Assembly: GCA_051294905.1 (NCBI GenBank)
Contig: CM119381.1
Location: 12,462,001 to 12,526,000, forward strand
Length of the DNA stretch: 64,000 bases
Direction: 5' to 3'
DNA from: Botryllus schlosseri
Taxonomy: Eukaryota
Shown: piece after piece, positions 21,423-34,200 of the stretch
Numbering within the stretch: the stretch's first letter is position 1
Layout: the number at the start of each line of letters is the position of its first letter
Notes under the pieces: generated by a model
The model's database searches: none
The model's input: only the letters and a program-made list of their open reading frames with translations
What the model was told of the DNA's origin: nothing
Made by a program: the position numbers and the translations under genes

Positions 21423-24303
21423 CAGAGGTGGTCAAAGTAGTCAAGAAAGCTACTCAAGTAGAAGTAGAAGTAGCGACGAAAAAATCTACTCAAGTACGAG
21501 TTGAAGTACTTCTTCCATAAGCAACCTAAAACTACTTGAAGTAGAAGTAGAATTGACCGACTTTAAATCTACTCAAGTAAGTAAGTAGTTGTTAAAACGA
21601 TCGTAATTCGTTCGCATGGATTGTCAAAAGGTGCAAATTGAGCTATGCAAAAGGTGCCGAGCTTGATTCATACTGATGCATACCAGGGGGTGTCCAATTT
21701 TCGACAGCATAAGCATTCGTCCGAATCATGGGATAAAAATGATAGTATTGATATGGAAATGCGATACTAATCCTCTGTGAACTCGGACAGCACGTTTTAG
21801 AGACTCTCCATGGTATGGCGCACTCCCCCATATTATAAGGCCCGTGGTTTAGTCGAATAGCAATACGTACAAGTTGTATAGGATACGGTGTAAACACTTT
21901 GCGCGATTATAAAACGTTAATAAAAAATATGGTGGATCGTATAAATGCCATATTGTGTAGCTTTATTTCCGGAAATTAAAGGTATTACTACACTTGGTTT
22001 TACATTTCAACATGTATGTTATCCAGATAAAAGAACTGATAATAATTAGAGCTCAAAGTATATGATACTGGGAATTGAAAGTGATAAATACTACTTCTAA
22101 AAGCGGAAAATGTATTTCATGTCTTTAGTCCAGAAAGGTGGTATGCTAAAGTAGCTCTAAAGCAGAGGTCTCAAACTCAAATGTGCTCGCGGGCCAATTT
22201 CAAGTTTTTGATGACGCCGCGGGCCGCAGTATCACTAATAGGAATATTCAATGTATAATTTCCAAGTAGGCCTTATTTGACGGAAGCTTGCGGACAGGCA
22301 TTCCACAAGCATAGTGAAAATACAATTTGCTTATGTAGCCTACTATATTCACGCTTGACACGGAAAAAATCACATTTTGAAATATAGATATAAATTGTTT
22401 TTTGCGGGGCATAATTTGTTAAAATAATGAGTTATAGACATCATGTGAGAGGATGCATCGTGACATTGTCAAACTGTCGGGTTATAATATTGCAGTGGAC
22501 CTTTGACGTGCCACAATTTTATGTAGAATATTTTAAAATCTACTGAAGATTGATCTGATATCAGAGCATTTGAGCGGTGTAGCCTAATCCTGATTTTGAT
22601 GTAGTTGTGATAAGTATATGCTATTGTTACTGTCATTAACAAAGTCAAATTAAATAAGCTTTAGATTTTGCCTTCGATTTATTATTGGAACGTCTCAATA
22701 ACAACTTGAACATAATCATTACTGAGCCATAGTAATGCATGGTTTCTTAACTTTAGCGATCGTATCCCACGTGCTTCCAATAATATTACTCGTAGCCCCT
22801 GTTCATTTTCAACATAATTTCTAACGGTAGGGCCTACATACCTTCCTAGAGCCTAGATACCTACCTATATTAAAATGAGAAAGCACATTCACATAAAATC
22901 ACGCGTAGTGCGAAGACCATTTTCCAGTTGAATAAATTGACCAAGAAATATTCCACAGCATATAGGCCTAATTCCACAATGCATCTCGTATCCCCTGATG
23001 TGGTGCTTCCTACCCCGAAGGGGTCTACGGAGCCTGGTTAAGAACCCCTGAAATAGAAACGCCCAATCGCCGATGAATTCATTGGTGTTACCCAGCTGTG
23101 GTGCGTACTACTAACTTACTCGTCACCAATAATAATATGGATAAAGAAAACAAAGAACACCCAGCAGCATGTTACAACTATACGTCACGGGGGTCTCACA
23201 ATACCGATGGTTGCCATACTGACCTGATTATATAGCTAGATACCATACGCAACAAAAGCTACAACCTTTTGATATATCACTATTCCCCATGACTGTTTCA
23301 TAGATTGTTGCACCCATAGGATTACCAAGTCACCGTTCCGAGTCGCAAATCCTTATGTGATTTTAACGTTTGCCCGACTCAACTCGAGTCAGTTTTATAT
23401 CTTAATCACCCAGTCAATCCGAAATCGAGTAATTTTACGAAAGGCCGCACCACGCCAAATCAGAATTTTTAGTAACAAATCTTCAATGGGTCATGTTTTA
23501 TCCTCATGAACTAGAAATGTAATAGCTGATTTCTATCCCCACCGCATGGTAGCTTTATAAAAGTGATGTGATAAAGTATAGTTCGTTGAGATTTCAGGTT
23601 TTTTTTATAGTAGTTTCAGGGTAAACTTCAAGTTTTTATATCTAAAAGAGATATGTGGCACTTGAATATATTCTCGAATGCTTGAAATTTCATAATGCCG
23701 TCGCGGGCCGCACAAAATGTTCTCGAGGGCCGCATGCGGCCCGCGGGCCGCGTGTTTGAGACCTCTGCTCTAAAGTCAGAGTCCACTTTTCCAAATTAGG
23801 ACACGCCATGGACTACTAGATTACGATATGATAAGTAAATGCTAGATGGCGAAACATAAGTTTCAAAAGTTATAATGAGCCATATATACTGTGGTGAAAT
23901 ATTCCATATGGTCGAAGGGCGACAATCCGGTGTGAACGGAACCACGCTAACCCGCTACCTAAATTATATTCACCAATACTTTCGTGAAATTGGTTACTGC
24001 GAATCCATTGAGCGCGAAGCGCGACGAAAATTCTGGTCTTTACTCAACTTTTATGAAAATTAAATGTTGATACTCCGTGAAAACAGCCCCGAAATTCCTC
24101 AGGCTATCTTCCTGATAGGAGGATTAAACTACTTCTACTTGACAAACTGAAAATAGCGAAAAGTAAGTAAGTAGATCACAAAATATTATGAAGTAGAAGT
24201 AGAAGTAGCAAAAATCAGATATACTTGAGTAAGTACCAGAAGTAGAGGAAAACTACTCGAGTACTTCGAAACAGTAGAAGTACTTCGTTACTGACCACCT
24301 CTG
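21423..24303. mobile_element. Non-autonomous hAT with (GAAGTA)n subterminal arrays
   Basis: TIR CAGAGGTGGTCA; TSD GTATTGTT/GTACTGTT (7 of 8); contains element 22163-23767. Confidence 0.85.
22163..23767 (-). mobile_element. Family A Charlie/Buster-type hAT, nested copy
   Basis: TIR CAGAGGTCTCAAAC; perfect 8-bp TSD CTCTAAAG; both ends match the reverse complement of 11332-12540, the middle differs. Confidence 0.92.
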
Positions 24304-24485
24304 GTACTGTTACATATTCATTCAGCTACTAGCTCTGTTATCGCACCATCAATGTTTCGTTTGAATACCGTACTCTTTGATTTGTTCTGGATTCTTGATA
24401 TATGTGTTATAGTTTAGATTTTTAATGTCTTGAATCGGTATTCGTCTGGACTGTGGATCAAGGGAATACCGCTGCGTAGTACACT

Positions 24486-24791
24486 ATGAAAGATAGGGTT
24501 TCCCTCACCGCGAATGGTTTGAACAGAAACATGAACAAGGAACGGGAAATTAAACGGCGAAATCTGGGTTTGTGTAACTCTGCGAGGAACAATGAATTTG
24601 TTTTTTCAAATATAAATGGAAAACCGATGTGTCATATTTGTCGAGTTATTCATATCGCCCGATCTTTAAAAACGTTGTTATGGATAGGTTACAAGCCCAG
24701 CAATCCGTATTTTGATTTCGAGGCATTGTTGAAACCGCCGACGACGTCACAGACGCACTGCAATATCGCTAAACTCAATAAATCTGCTTGA
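24486..24791 (+). pseudogene. Internally deleted Buster/GTF2IRD2-like hAT transposase relic
   Basis: EIKRR..NNEFVFSNINGKPMCHIC resembles the N-terminal BED finger (YFF...GKPVCLIC); the distal LWIG..FDFEALL resembles Buster C-termini. Confidence 0.5.
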
Positions 24792-25222
24792 GAAGGTGTG
24801 ATTACAATAAGACTTCAACATACTGTGCGAATATTCGCTGATTCTGAACTTAGCAGCAAGCTACACCATCCCCTGACAAATTTCTAAGCTAGAGTTGTCT
24901 GATTCAACCGTTACCAGAAGAGTAGCAGCAATGTCAGTCGATCTTTTATCGCATGTTCTGAAACACGTTGCTACCTAGACTACTTTAGCCTAGCATTGAA
25001 CGAATCCCCCGACTCCACAGACATTGCATATAGCTATAATTATCTGGATGCATTTCATCAGAGTGGACACAGTTGCAGAGGAAATGATGGCAACGTAAAA
25101 ACTAAATCTGTGCGATTGGGGTGTTGGCTAGGCTAGGCCCATAAACAAGTTATGCAGTATAAACTCCGCAGCAAGTATAGAAACCCGTTTTACAATCTGC
25201 TCATTATCAATGTAGCAATGGT

Positions 25223-25400
25223 CAGTGTTGGGATAACTCGAGTCATGACTTGAGTCAGTCTCGAGTCAACTTTTTCGTATGACTTGACTTGATTTGACTC
25301 GAGTCACTTTGCCAAAATGACTTGACTTGACTTGACTCGGCGCTTCAGAAATGTGGATTGACTCGTTACTCGGAGCCAAATTCACGAATCAATTTCAAGT
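25223..25400 (+). mobile_element. hAT-type MITE left end with (GACTT/GACTC)n array
   Basis: CAGTGTTGGG start followed by repeated GACTTGA/GACTCGAGTC; no right TIR located. Confidence 0.55.
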
Positions 25401-25813
25401 CATCCAGCGATATTTAGAACAATATCACCCCTCTCTCCTAGTTTGGTGTCTATAATTTCAAATACTACTCTAAGTCGTTTCGAAACCTTCCTGACTTTTT
25501 ATTGTATCGTGTCTAGATCTGATAAAATTGTCAGTCCTCTGTCAATCCTCTAGTATACCTGACATATCGATCTCGCCTTGGGAAACGTACCACCTCTTTT
25601 TGTCGCCTGTCCTTTTATATTAACTTCTTTTACTTTTCATTCAGTGGTGGTGTATAATTTCGAAGACTACTCCTAGTCGTTTCGACACCTTCCCCTCTTT
25701 CATTGTATCGCAGTCTTGTGGTGTATTGAAATGATGAAATTCTTACCAATACATTGTTACAGGATGTTTCCCGTCGTTACTCCAAACTCGAATTCAAGAC
25801 TCGCTGTAGTAGT

Positions 25814-26271
25814 TAGGCTTACCATACGTCCTCTTTTAAGAGGATTTGTCCTCTTTTTTGACTTTTTTGAAAGTGTCCTCGGAGGACGCCCATTTGTCCT
25901 CTTTTTTGAGATTTTGTCCTCTTTTTTGAAAATTTAGGTCAGATATAGAGGAAATTGCGAGTGATATGCCGCAAATTAGCGCAGAAGTGAAGCTCCGGCG
26001 GGTATTTCGGAGGAAAAGCGGTGATTTCAGCTCTGAGCGAAATGAAGACTTTTTTTTTTTTCTTTTTCTTTTTTTTTAGTCATCCACCAAGCAATGTGGA
26101 GTGAAAAACGTGTTTTTGAGCTCTGAGCGGAGGTGATGACCTTTTTTTTTAGTCAACCGACCGCAAAGTGGGAAAAATTGACCGGTTTTTGAGAATTCTA
26201 CTCCGGTTTTGTATCTTGCAAATTTCTGAAAAAGTGTCCTCTTTTTGCATTTTCAAAATATGGTAAGCCTA
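25814..26271. mobile_element. hAT-like MITE family B (TAGGCTTACCATA TIR, GTCCTCTTTT repeats)
   Basis: 13-bp TIR; perfect 8-bp TSD GTAGTAGT; homologs at 63345-63697 and a reverse fragment at about 27040-27163. Confidence 0.92.
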
Positions 26272-28175
26272 GTAGTAGTGGCCTAGGTTAATAGGTATGC
26301 TACGAAAAATGTGTACTATATGTCTATTAATTATCATCATGTACACTTGTACAGTCCATAAAATCGCGTCCCATCAGAATCTGCAGATACGATTGTGCAA
26401 CGATTATGATAGGCCTACCCTACAACCAAACTATAGAAAACTAACCTACTAGGTTAGTTATCTATAACCAAACACATTCCAAAATCAATCCACATTTCCA
26501 CACGCATCAATGATCACAAACAGTTGTGTGTTGTGGGCCAGGTCAGTAAACTAAACAGGCCCAGAAAAACAATTTCCTGCGAAGCTGTGCGTTTTCCGTG
26601 ATAAGGCATTAAGGCAGCTTATCTAGTTGTCCGAGTTATAAACAGAAGAAGCCTATTGTGCACTTTTGTTCGCTCAATGTTCATAGACACCAACATTTCT
26701 ACGATGTTGTCGGGTTTGTGCTGGTGTTATACTGTGTAGGCTACTTCTATTCTTACTGGACTCAGTCCAGTGGACTGTATGTATAGTTAATTGTTACATG
26801 ACCAATGACCATTCGCTGTCAATCTTACCATTATTGGTAGCCGATAGCCTACTCTTCGACATACTCAATCTGATTGAAAACTGAGTGGGATGGCTGGGCA
26901 GTGTTACATTTGGCTTCTTTAAGTACAGTAATGAATTGCTGAATGCCGTAAATAGAGTAGGCCTACTGAGTAGCATACAAATATTTCTCAGACTTTTGAC
27001 TTGGTCTTGGTCACTTGGTAGCTGCCCCATGACTTGAAATTTTATATAGAAAAAGAGAACAAATTCCCCAAAAAGAGGACATTTAGGCGTCCTCCGAGGA
27101 CACTTTGAATTTTTTGAAAAAAGAGGATAAATCCTCTCCAAAGAAGACGTAATTGTAACCCTACATGCGAGATTGCGAGCTACTGCAGTGCGAAGTGTTC
27201 CCTTGGTTGCCCTGCCGAAGTTTGCCTTTGTTGAAAATGTTTTCTGACCCAGCAATAATATTGACACTTAGGCCTACTCTCTTATCTATTGGAAAATCCA
27301 TTATCACTTTTTAGTTTTGTTCGTTTCTTGGTTGTCATCAGTTTATTTACTTTCTATCAATTTTTTTTATTACTGGGTGGTATGTCTGACTGGGTGATCA
27401 TAGGAATTTACTCTGTGATTGTATCGCTGCGTTGCACATCGGTGTGTGGTCATGTAATCGGGCTTTCAATGTGTTCCATATTAGCGTGCCAGCATCTATC
27501 TTTACTGGCATAGGATATTGAGTGCGAATAAGATAAAAGTTTAATTTGCCACCAATGCATTTTGCCACCAATGCATTTGAATGATATAGTCTCTCTTTTG
27601 ATTGAATTCATTTTATCTGCCATTATGTTGCTGTAAAAAGTGTGTGAATTGACAGATGGGCTGCATTCTCTTTGAATGGGGCTACAGAGAGCAGATTATC
27701 ACCCCCTTCCTTCGACTATGGTACGATACAGGTCGGATGCAAACATAGTTTAACGATAAGGCCTACATTACTAACTCTGCAGGCAAATGTTGGGTAGTTT
27801 CACTTTATTGCTTTACTGAGATAAGATTGTAGTGTACTTGAGTAAATATTTAACTGATGTGGAAAGTTTAACCGATCATTAGTGTTTGATTTTGTTGAAA
27901 TCTTGGGCATTCTCTATATATACCGGGTAGTGTGATGCTATTTTTGCCAGATGTCTTGCAACAGAAACCATATAATGTGCCTCTCTTCTCTATACAGATA
28001 CTATAAATTGTCAGCCACATGCTTATTATAGCTATGATTTGAGCCATTGACAATCCTGTAAACTTAATTTACTGCCGCACAGAAAAGTTGCATTCACATA
28101 CAAAGCGACACGTGGAGGATGTGAACCATTGGATTACTTTTAATATATTTTCCGAGGGATTTATAAAAGCAGAAG

Positions 28176-28246
28176 ATGGAGCCTCGACATAACCAACAAA
28201 GTGGAAGTAAAAATACCACCAGAAATTTTTTGAATCATTTGAGAGG
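28176..28246 (+). CDS. CBL: Cbl coding exon 1 ([24 protein letters not shown])
   Basis: GAAGATGG start context, in-frame TAA at 28164-28166 upstream, donor GG|GTGAGT; phase 2 matches exon 2. Confidence 0.8.
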
Positions 28247-31200
28247 GTGAGTAATAAAGGCAGTGGAATGAATTAGCTTACTGTGCAAGTCTATGCCCTT
28301 TTCAGTTTGTAATTTTCTTACGCTTCTGAGAATATTTAAAAAAAAATTCTTGACATTAATTGCTTCACTCATAAAATTGACAAGTCTTACATTTTCCCAC
28401 CTATGAAGTGTTTTCACAAGGGAAGATTGGCCTATGATACATCCTTTTCATTTTATATCAGGATTCATGATGCTGTCACTCCTCAGCCAAAGGCAGTCAT
28501 TGATAAAAAGGCGATTGAAAAAGCATCAAAGTGGATGGATAAGGTTGGTAACTTTAATGACGTTGATATTGATATATTGGCAATGCAGACTTAATCAATT
28601 CATGTACCAGGAAGTCAACATAATTATTGCGATACTAATACAACCCCTAAGCGCCAACTTAAACAGATTTATTTGGTCTAATTTTTCGACTTAACTGTGT
28701 AATTCATATGATGCCATTGTGAATGATCCAAGACACTATGTATATGTATAAACTATAAACTATACAGGGTAAGTTGATATCTTCAATCCAATTGCTGTAA
28801 AACAGTTGCTATAATTGTAATTTGTTGTTTTCCTGTTAAACTGCCTACTGAAGTGGTTCCAATAGTGTCATTCGTTCGTTATCTGCCTTCCCAATTTCTC
28901 TGCTTCACACAATTGGCTTTCTTTTGGAGATTTGCTAGTCAGAGATATCGATCTGACCTATTGTCTTCAATGGTAATGCATTTTAGAAACTCATCCCTTC
29001 CTGAATTTTCTTGTTTTTTACCTTCATTTATTCTGGGAAATTCCCTGCATCATATTACCAAAATTTTGCTTGGAAATCGGGGAATGCGTTCTTATGTGCA
29101 CATGCACACACTTTATTTCATTTATTAATGCCTTGCTTTGCTTCATCACAAAACTTTGATCTATGAGGCGGGTGGTACGTTTACAGATTACAGAAGTGCA
29201 TATTTGTATCAAAGCAGCTACTGATCCTCTGGGTTTGTATAGTGTGTCTTATTTCTATACTTCGAACCTTTGGATGTGTTGCTGAATGTCATTCACGTAG
29301 AAGACTATAAGTACTCTATTATAATGGAGTAAATCTATTGTTATGAGTTTATATGGTTGTCATACGTGAAGAACAGCCTGATTGGGGCCTATCTGTGTCA
29401 AAGTTGATCATTTGCCTCAACTTTTTATTGGTACATCTCTCTTCTTTGAGCTATGAGCCAAGCTGGTTTAGACCTAGATAAATTGTTACTAGTATTGGTA
29501 GTGTGGTACGACTCTGTTGACTCTTTTGTGAATTTTAAATTCTTGACTCATATTAACAACTTGTGTGATGCATTGCTGACTTCCCACTCAGACACTTGGA
29601 CACCAAATTTCTGATTGTATGACTTCTGTAAGCTACCTATCCTGGGACCTCTCTGTCGTATAGAACTGGTTCCCATTGCCATCTCCACTGATGTTATTTA
29701 TTGCTTTTCACAGCTGAAGATTAGGTTTACTGCCAAATAGTCTCCTGTAAAGGTAATTGTTGTCGGAATGTTGATGACTAGTCAAATTCATCTAGTAGTG
29801 TGATACTTAGCTGTGTGGCTTTCGCTCATGAGCTTTGGAGACCCGAAAAAATCACTTGGCTGGCATTGAACTTCCTGTACATGAGAATAGTATCATCATT
29901 GCAATGTCCTTATAGAATTTATGATGAATCATGTTTGGCATTATCAGAACCGCCACTCAGAGCTGTTTTTGCGTTACCTGGAACTGGTCAGTAAGAATTT
30001 ATGAATCACACATTTGCCATGTGTGACAGTGCTGTGATCAGATGTTCAAAATGTGCCTGCCGAGGAATACCACAATTTGAAGATAATACACAACATATTT
30101 GGTAGACAGTTCAAAGTCCTTTCGCTAAAGATGTCTATCATATTGTATTGCTACATACATAAATATGTCATAAAGAGCTGGAGACGAGTTGAAGTTTGAG
30201 ATATCTCAGAAACTATGTGGTTATGGTTAAATGCACTAAACATTCACAATATCACACAATGCTCTGTTTTGATACGTCTCTAATATCTGCAATGGTAATG
30301 TGGAACTGAATTCAGTTGTTCATGTTGCCAAATTACACTGCAGTAACAAATATGTGATGTCTTTTAAAGTTTTATGTGTTGGCTATTGTGACTTTCCTTA
30401 AATTACATGCTTCAATTGAGCACTTAGCAATCATAATCTCATTGAATTTTGGTTTATCCTACCAAGAGTAACAATCTCACAATTATGACGTAACATGGTT
30501 GACCAATGCTTGGCATAATAAACTGATATCTGGTCATATGCAATTCACGGACAATGTCGGGTCATTTGGCTGGACTGAATATAGGCTATCTGTACTGCTA
30601 TCCAATTAATCTGCATTATTTGGAATTGGTAAGTATTGGAAGCAAGTTACTGAATTGGCCTACTAGGAACAAGTTAGGGCTTCAGTCAACCATACCACAC
30701 CACACTCCCTGTTTGAGCAGATATAAAGCAAGAATGATTAGCTTTTCCAAGAATACTTGAGCTATCTGCAAGTGGCTGGTGTTAATTCACAACACAACAG
30801 CTCGGCTCGGGATTACTATATAATCTGGGCCTTCGATGTTGCCTATAATTGGTTTGGGCATAAGTTTTGAAATGTGAGCTTGCCATCTCAAACGGTCCAT
30901 GTCTGCTCTTTTACCTTTAACAATTCAGCATTAATATATAGAAAATTATCAATATAGTTATGGACATATAATAATAGGGAAGATTGGATAAATGCTTCAG
31001 AAATGCATGATATATAGCCTATATTATTTCATCAACCTATAATTGCATTTTTGACTCTATTTCACCAAATAAACTTTGTAGCAACCTACAGTTCAATCCA
31101 AATAAACTTTATAGCAACCTACAGTTCAATAGTCAATTCATGAAATCGTTAGTAGCAATTATTTATTGTTTTAGTATTATAGCAACAGCTAGCTCATCGT

Positions 31201-34200
31201 CAAGCGGCCACTGGCCATGTAGAAAAGGTTATCATCATTCATAGCCAAGTATATTGTTTTTGTGGATATATAGATCATAGTACTATTGCTGATCAAATTT
31301 GTTTCTGAATTAGTTTGGCCAGTGGTTTTTTACTTATGCTCAAGCCCATATTGTTGTGCAGTCTGTGCAATGTGTGTCAATTGTTATTCTAAATGTAAGT
31401 AACCACAAAAGTTTCTCACTAACCGCTGGGCAATTTTAGTACTGTATATTTTGAATTATTGCTCTATTTTATGTCAGCTGCCCATTGCAGTATTTAACCT
31501 AATAAATTTGCATCAATTTGTATATTAATGGTAAGCAAGTAAATGAGGCATTGGCATGTTTACCAAAGTCTGGATCGAATATTGTTTTATGAATTGATAT
31601 TCATCATGATAAACAAGAGATTTTCTGGGCACTGTTCCAATCACAGCTGCGTGATTTAAAATATCCGATATAGCCTTAATCTTGGTTTTAGTAGAAGTGG
31701 GACATTGGAAATTCAAATATAAAATTTTCACTGTAGTTGGCTAACTGTTGTTGTTTGGAATTTGGTGTTGGCAATTATTTTAAAATCCACTATTGTCTTG
31801 GATAAATGCTTGAAATCAAACATCAAATCTTCAAGGTGCATTTTGGATGGCTGTTAACCCATTATCTTTGAATTTAAGTATAAGTATAGTATTAGATTAA
31901 AGTAGCTAAATACCTGTAGGCCGTTGCTTAGCTGCAGTAAAAACTACTAACTGCCTAAGATTAAAGTACACCAATTATGTAATGTATGTATAAAGTATGC
32001 AGATGCAATAATAGCAATAACTTCTTGGAGGTACAGAATTTCAATATACAATTGAATAGTATAATGTATATTCATATTGAAGTGAACCCGAATATTTCGG
32101 CTGACACTCGTCAGGGGTACTAGTAGGGAACTAGTTGCTGACGATTACCCCTCACGAGTGTCAGCCAAAAATATCCGGTTTCATTTCAATATGAATATAC
32201 TGTTCAATTGAATAATAGCAATATAGATTTTCTATAAGATTTATCATGGTCATCATGGTATCATAGTAATGAGTTTAGTTGGCCATTTATATTTTTTGAT
32301 ATCATCCGCATACTTTTTGGTGGAAATAATTGAGTAAAAATTGACTGTGCTGTTTCGTGTGATTTCCCAAGAGATACATTGTGGCAAAATCAAATTTTTG
32401 TATGATTTTTCTTTTCTTTTGTCCGTATCTTGTTCGTGGTTATATTTGACTTCGACACAATATGCAAAACAAAGCCATGGCCAAGATACGGCTGAGCTAA
32501 AATGAAAACCTTACAAAAACTTGATTTTCCCAATATGTCAAAAAAAGGGCATATGCGACTGTGATTCCACTGCCATGATACCGCATATGCTTTGTATTCA
32601 AGAAAAGAATTTTAGTGGTGCAGCAAGTATACACTAGAATTCTGAAATTTTGCTCAACATCATTCATGTTGCAATATAGTGTAATCCTTAAATTTATGTT
32701 TTTACAGGTTGCGAAATTCTGCCAACAGCCAAAAATGAATCTGAAAAACAGTCCGCCATATATATTAGACATTCTGCCCGATACCTACACACAGCTTCGG
32801 CTGATTTTGCAAAAGTAAGTCTATTATTTCATGTTGTAACCGTTGGTATCTGCGATTTCGATATGTATTCGCTGATAAAAATATACTAAATATTTACGGC
32901 AGTGAACTTTTGATATTATATAGGCTACCGTATGTATAAAATTATGCATTTTATCCGTTCATTTTTCCCTCGTTATTCATACAGGTATGAAAGCAATTTG
33001 CCAACATTGAATGATTGCGAATACTTTCGGATATTTCTTGATAACCTAATGAAGAAATGTAAGCAGGTAAGAAATTAGATTTCACGAACTGTTTGTATTC
33101 GGTGCGCGGTTCTTCATAAAAGCTGTTATGGAATATATTAAATAACAGGACTATATTTTATTTCATATTGACGTTTTCGTTACCTGACCAAACTTCTATC
33201 ATTGCTATGTTTTTTTTTATGAACAATTTTTTTACTAAATGTCATGGCTTCATAGTAACCATGAGAATAAAAAACTCCATCTGATGCTCAGTGGTGTGTA
33301 ACAAGCTTAACCTGTGGCTACAGGACAGGACAGGTACGTGTGAGTAGGCCTATTGAATGACCCCATTTCACTTGGTTTCCAGTATTGTACAGATGTACAC
33401 TATGTAATTGTGGGAAATCTGCAATGTGATATGTTAGTTTCTCCTTAGGAAATCCGGTACAGGGAGTGCAGTCTCAAATTTCTTCCCTGAAACTAACATG
33501 TCCAGCTTTTGTTGTATCTTATGCTGATACTGAGAAATCTTCCCAGTGTTTCTCTACCTAAACATCAAAGTACTCTTTACCGAAAAGAGTACTGGTGTTA
33601 ATAACTTTTTGCCATTGTTAGCGAATGAATTTGATTGTATGTACCAGAGATTCCTTGTCTTACTAGGATTAAAACCTTGTACCCTGTGTGGATCGATTAG
33701 TCGAAGTACTATCCATATTCTTGTAATACTTGTAACCTACTACTCGTACTTGTAATAATGATAGTTTTACAGTTTCTATGTATATCTGTATTGTTTGTGT
33801 TGTTAAGTGAATAAGGTGCGATATGGTTACATTGATGTCTATAAACTGCTCGTTCTGGAATACAAGTAGTCCTCCTGAGTCCTGTTTAACCTTGGTCCTT
33901 GGGGCTGATAGCTCATCATTCGATTTAGTAATACACCCGCATCCTGAATTTATAGTACTATAGTCTACAACCCATTATTACGAATATAACCAAAAAGCAA
34001 GTTTTTCGCCTTGCACTTGATGTGACACTGGTCATACCGTCAAAATTCTGTAGAGCGAGGTCTAATGGCTGCTACTTAACGATCTCTACCAGGTGTGCGT
34101 AATGCTCATGGGTGTTATTAGACTTGATATTAATTCAACGTAGTAAGACAGTAGTCTATCACCGACAATTTATCTAGGCCTACACTACACATATGGTACA

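Larger units (their letters stand above)
21347..24791 (+). mobile_element. Outer Buster-type hAT remnant (left TIR plus transposase relic), split by nested insertions
   Basis: Left TIR CAGGGATTCTCAACCCGCGGCCCGCG at 21347 after CTATAGAG; after the insert, EFVFSNINGKPMCHIC (BED-finger-like) and a C-terminus-like FDFEALL; right TIR not found. Confidence 0.5.
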
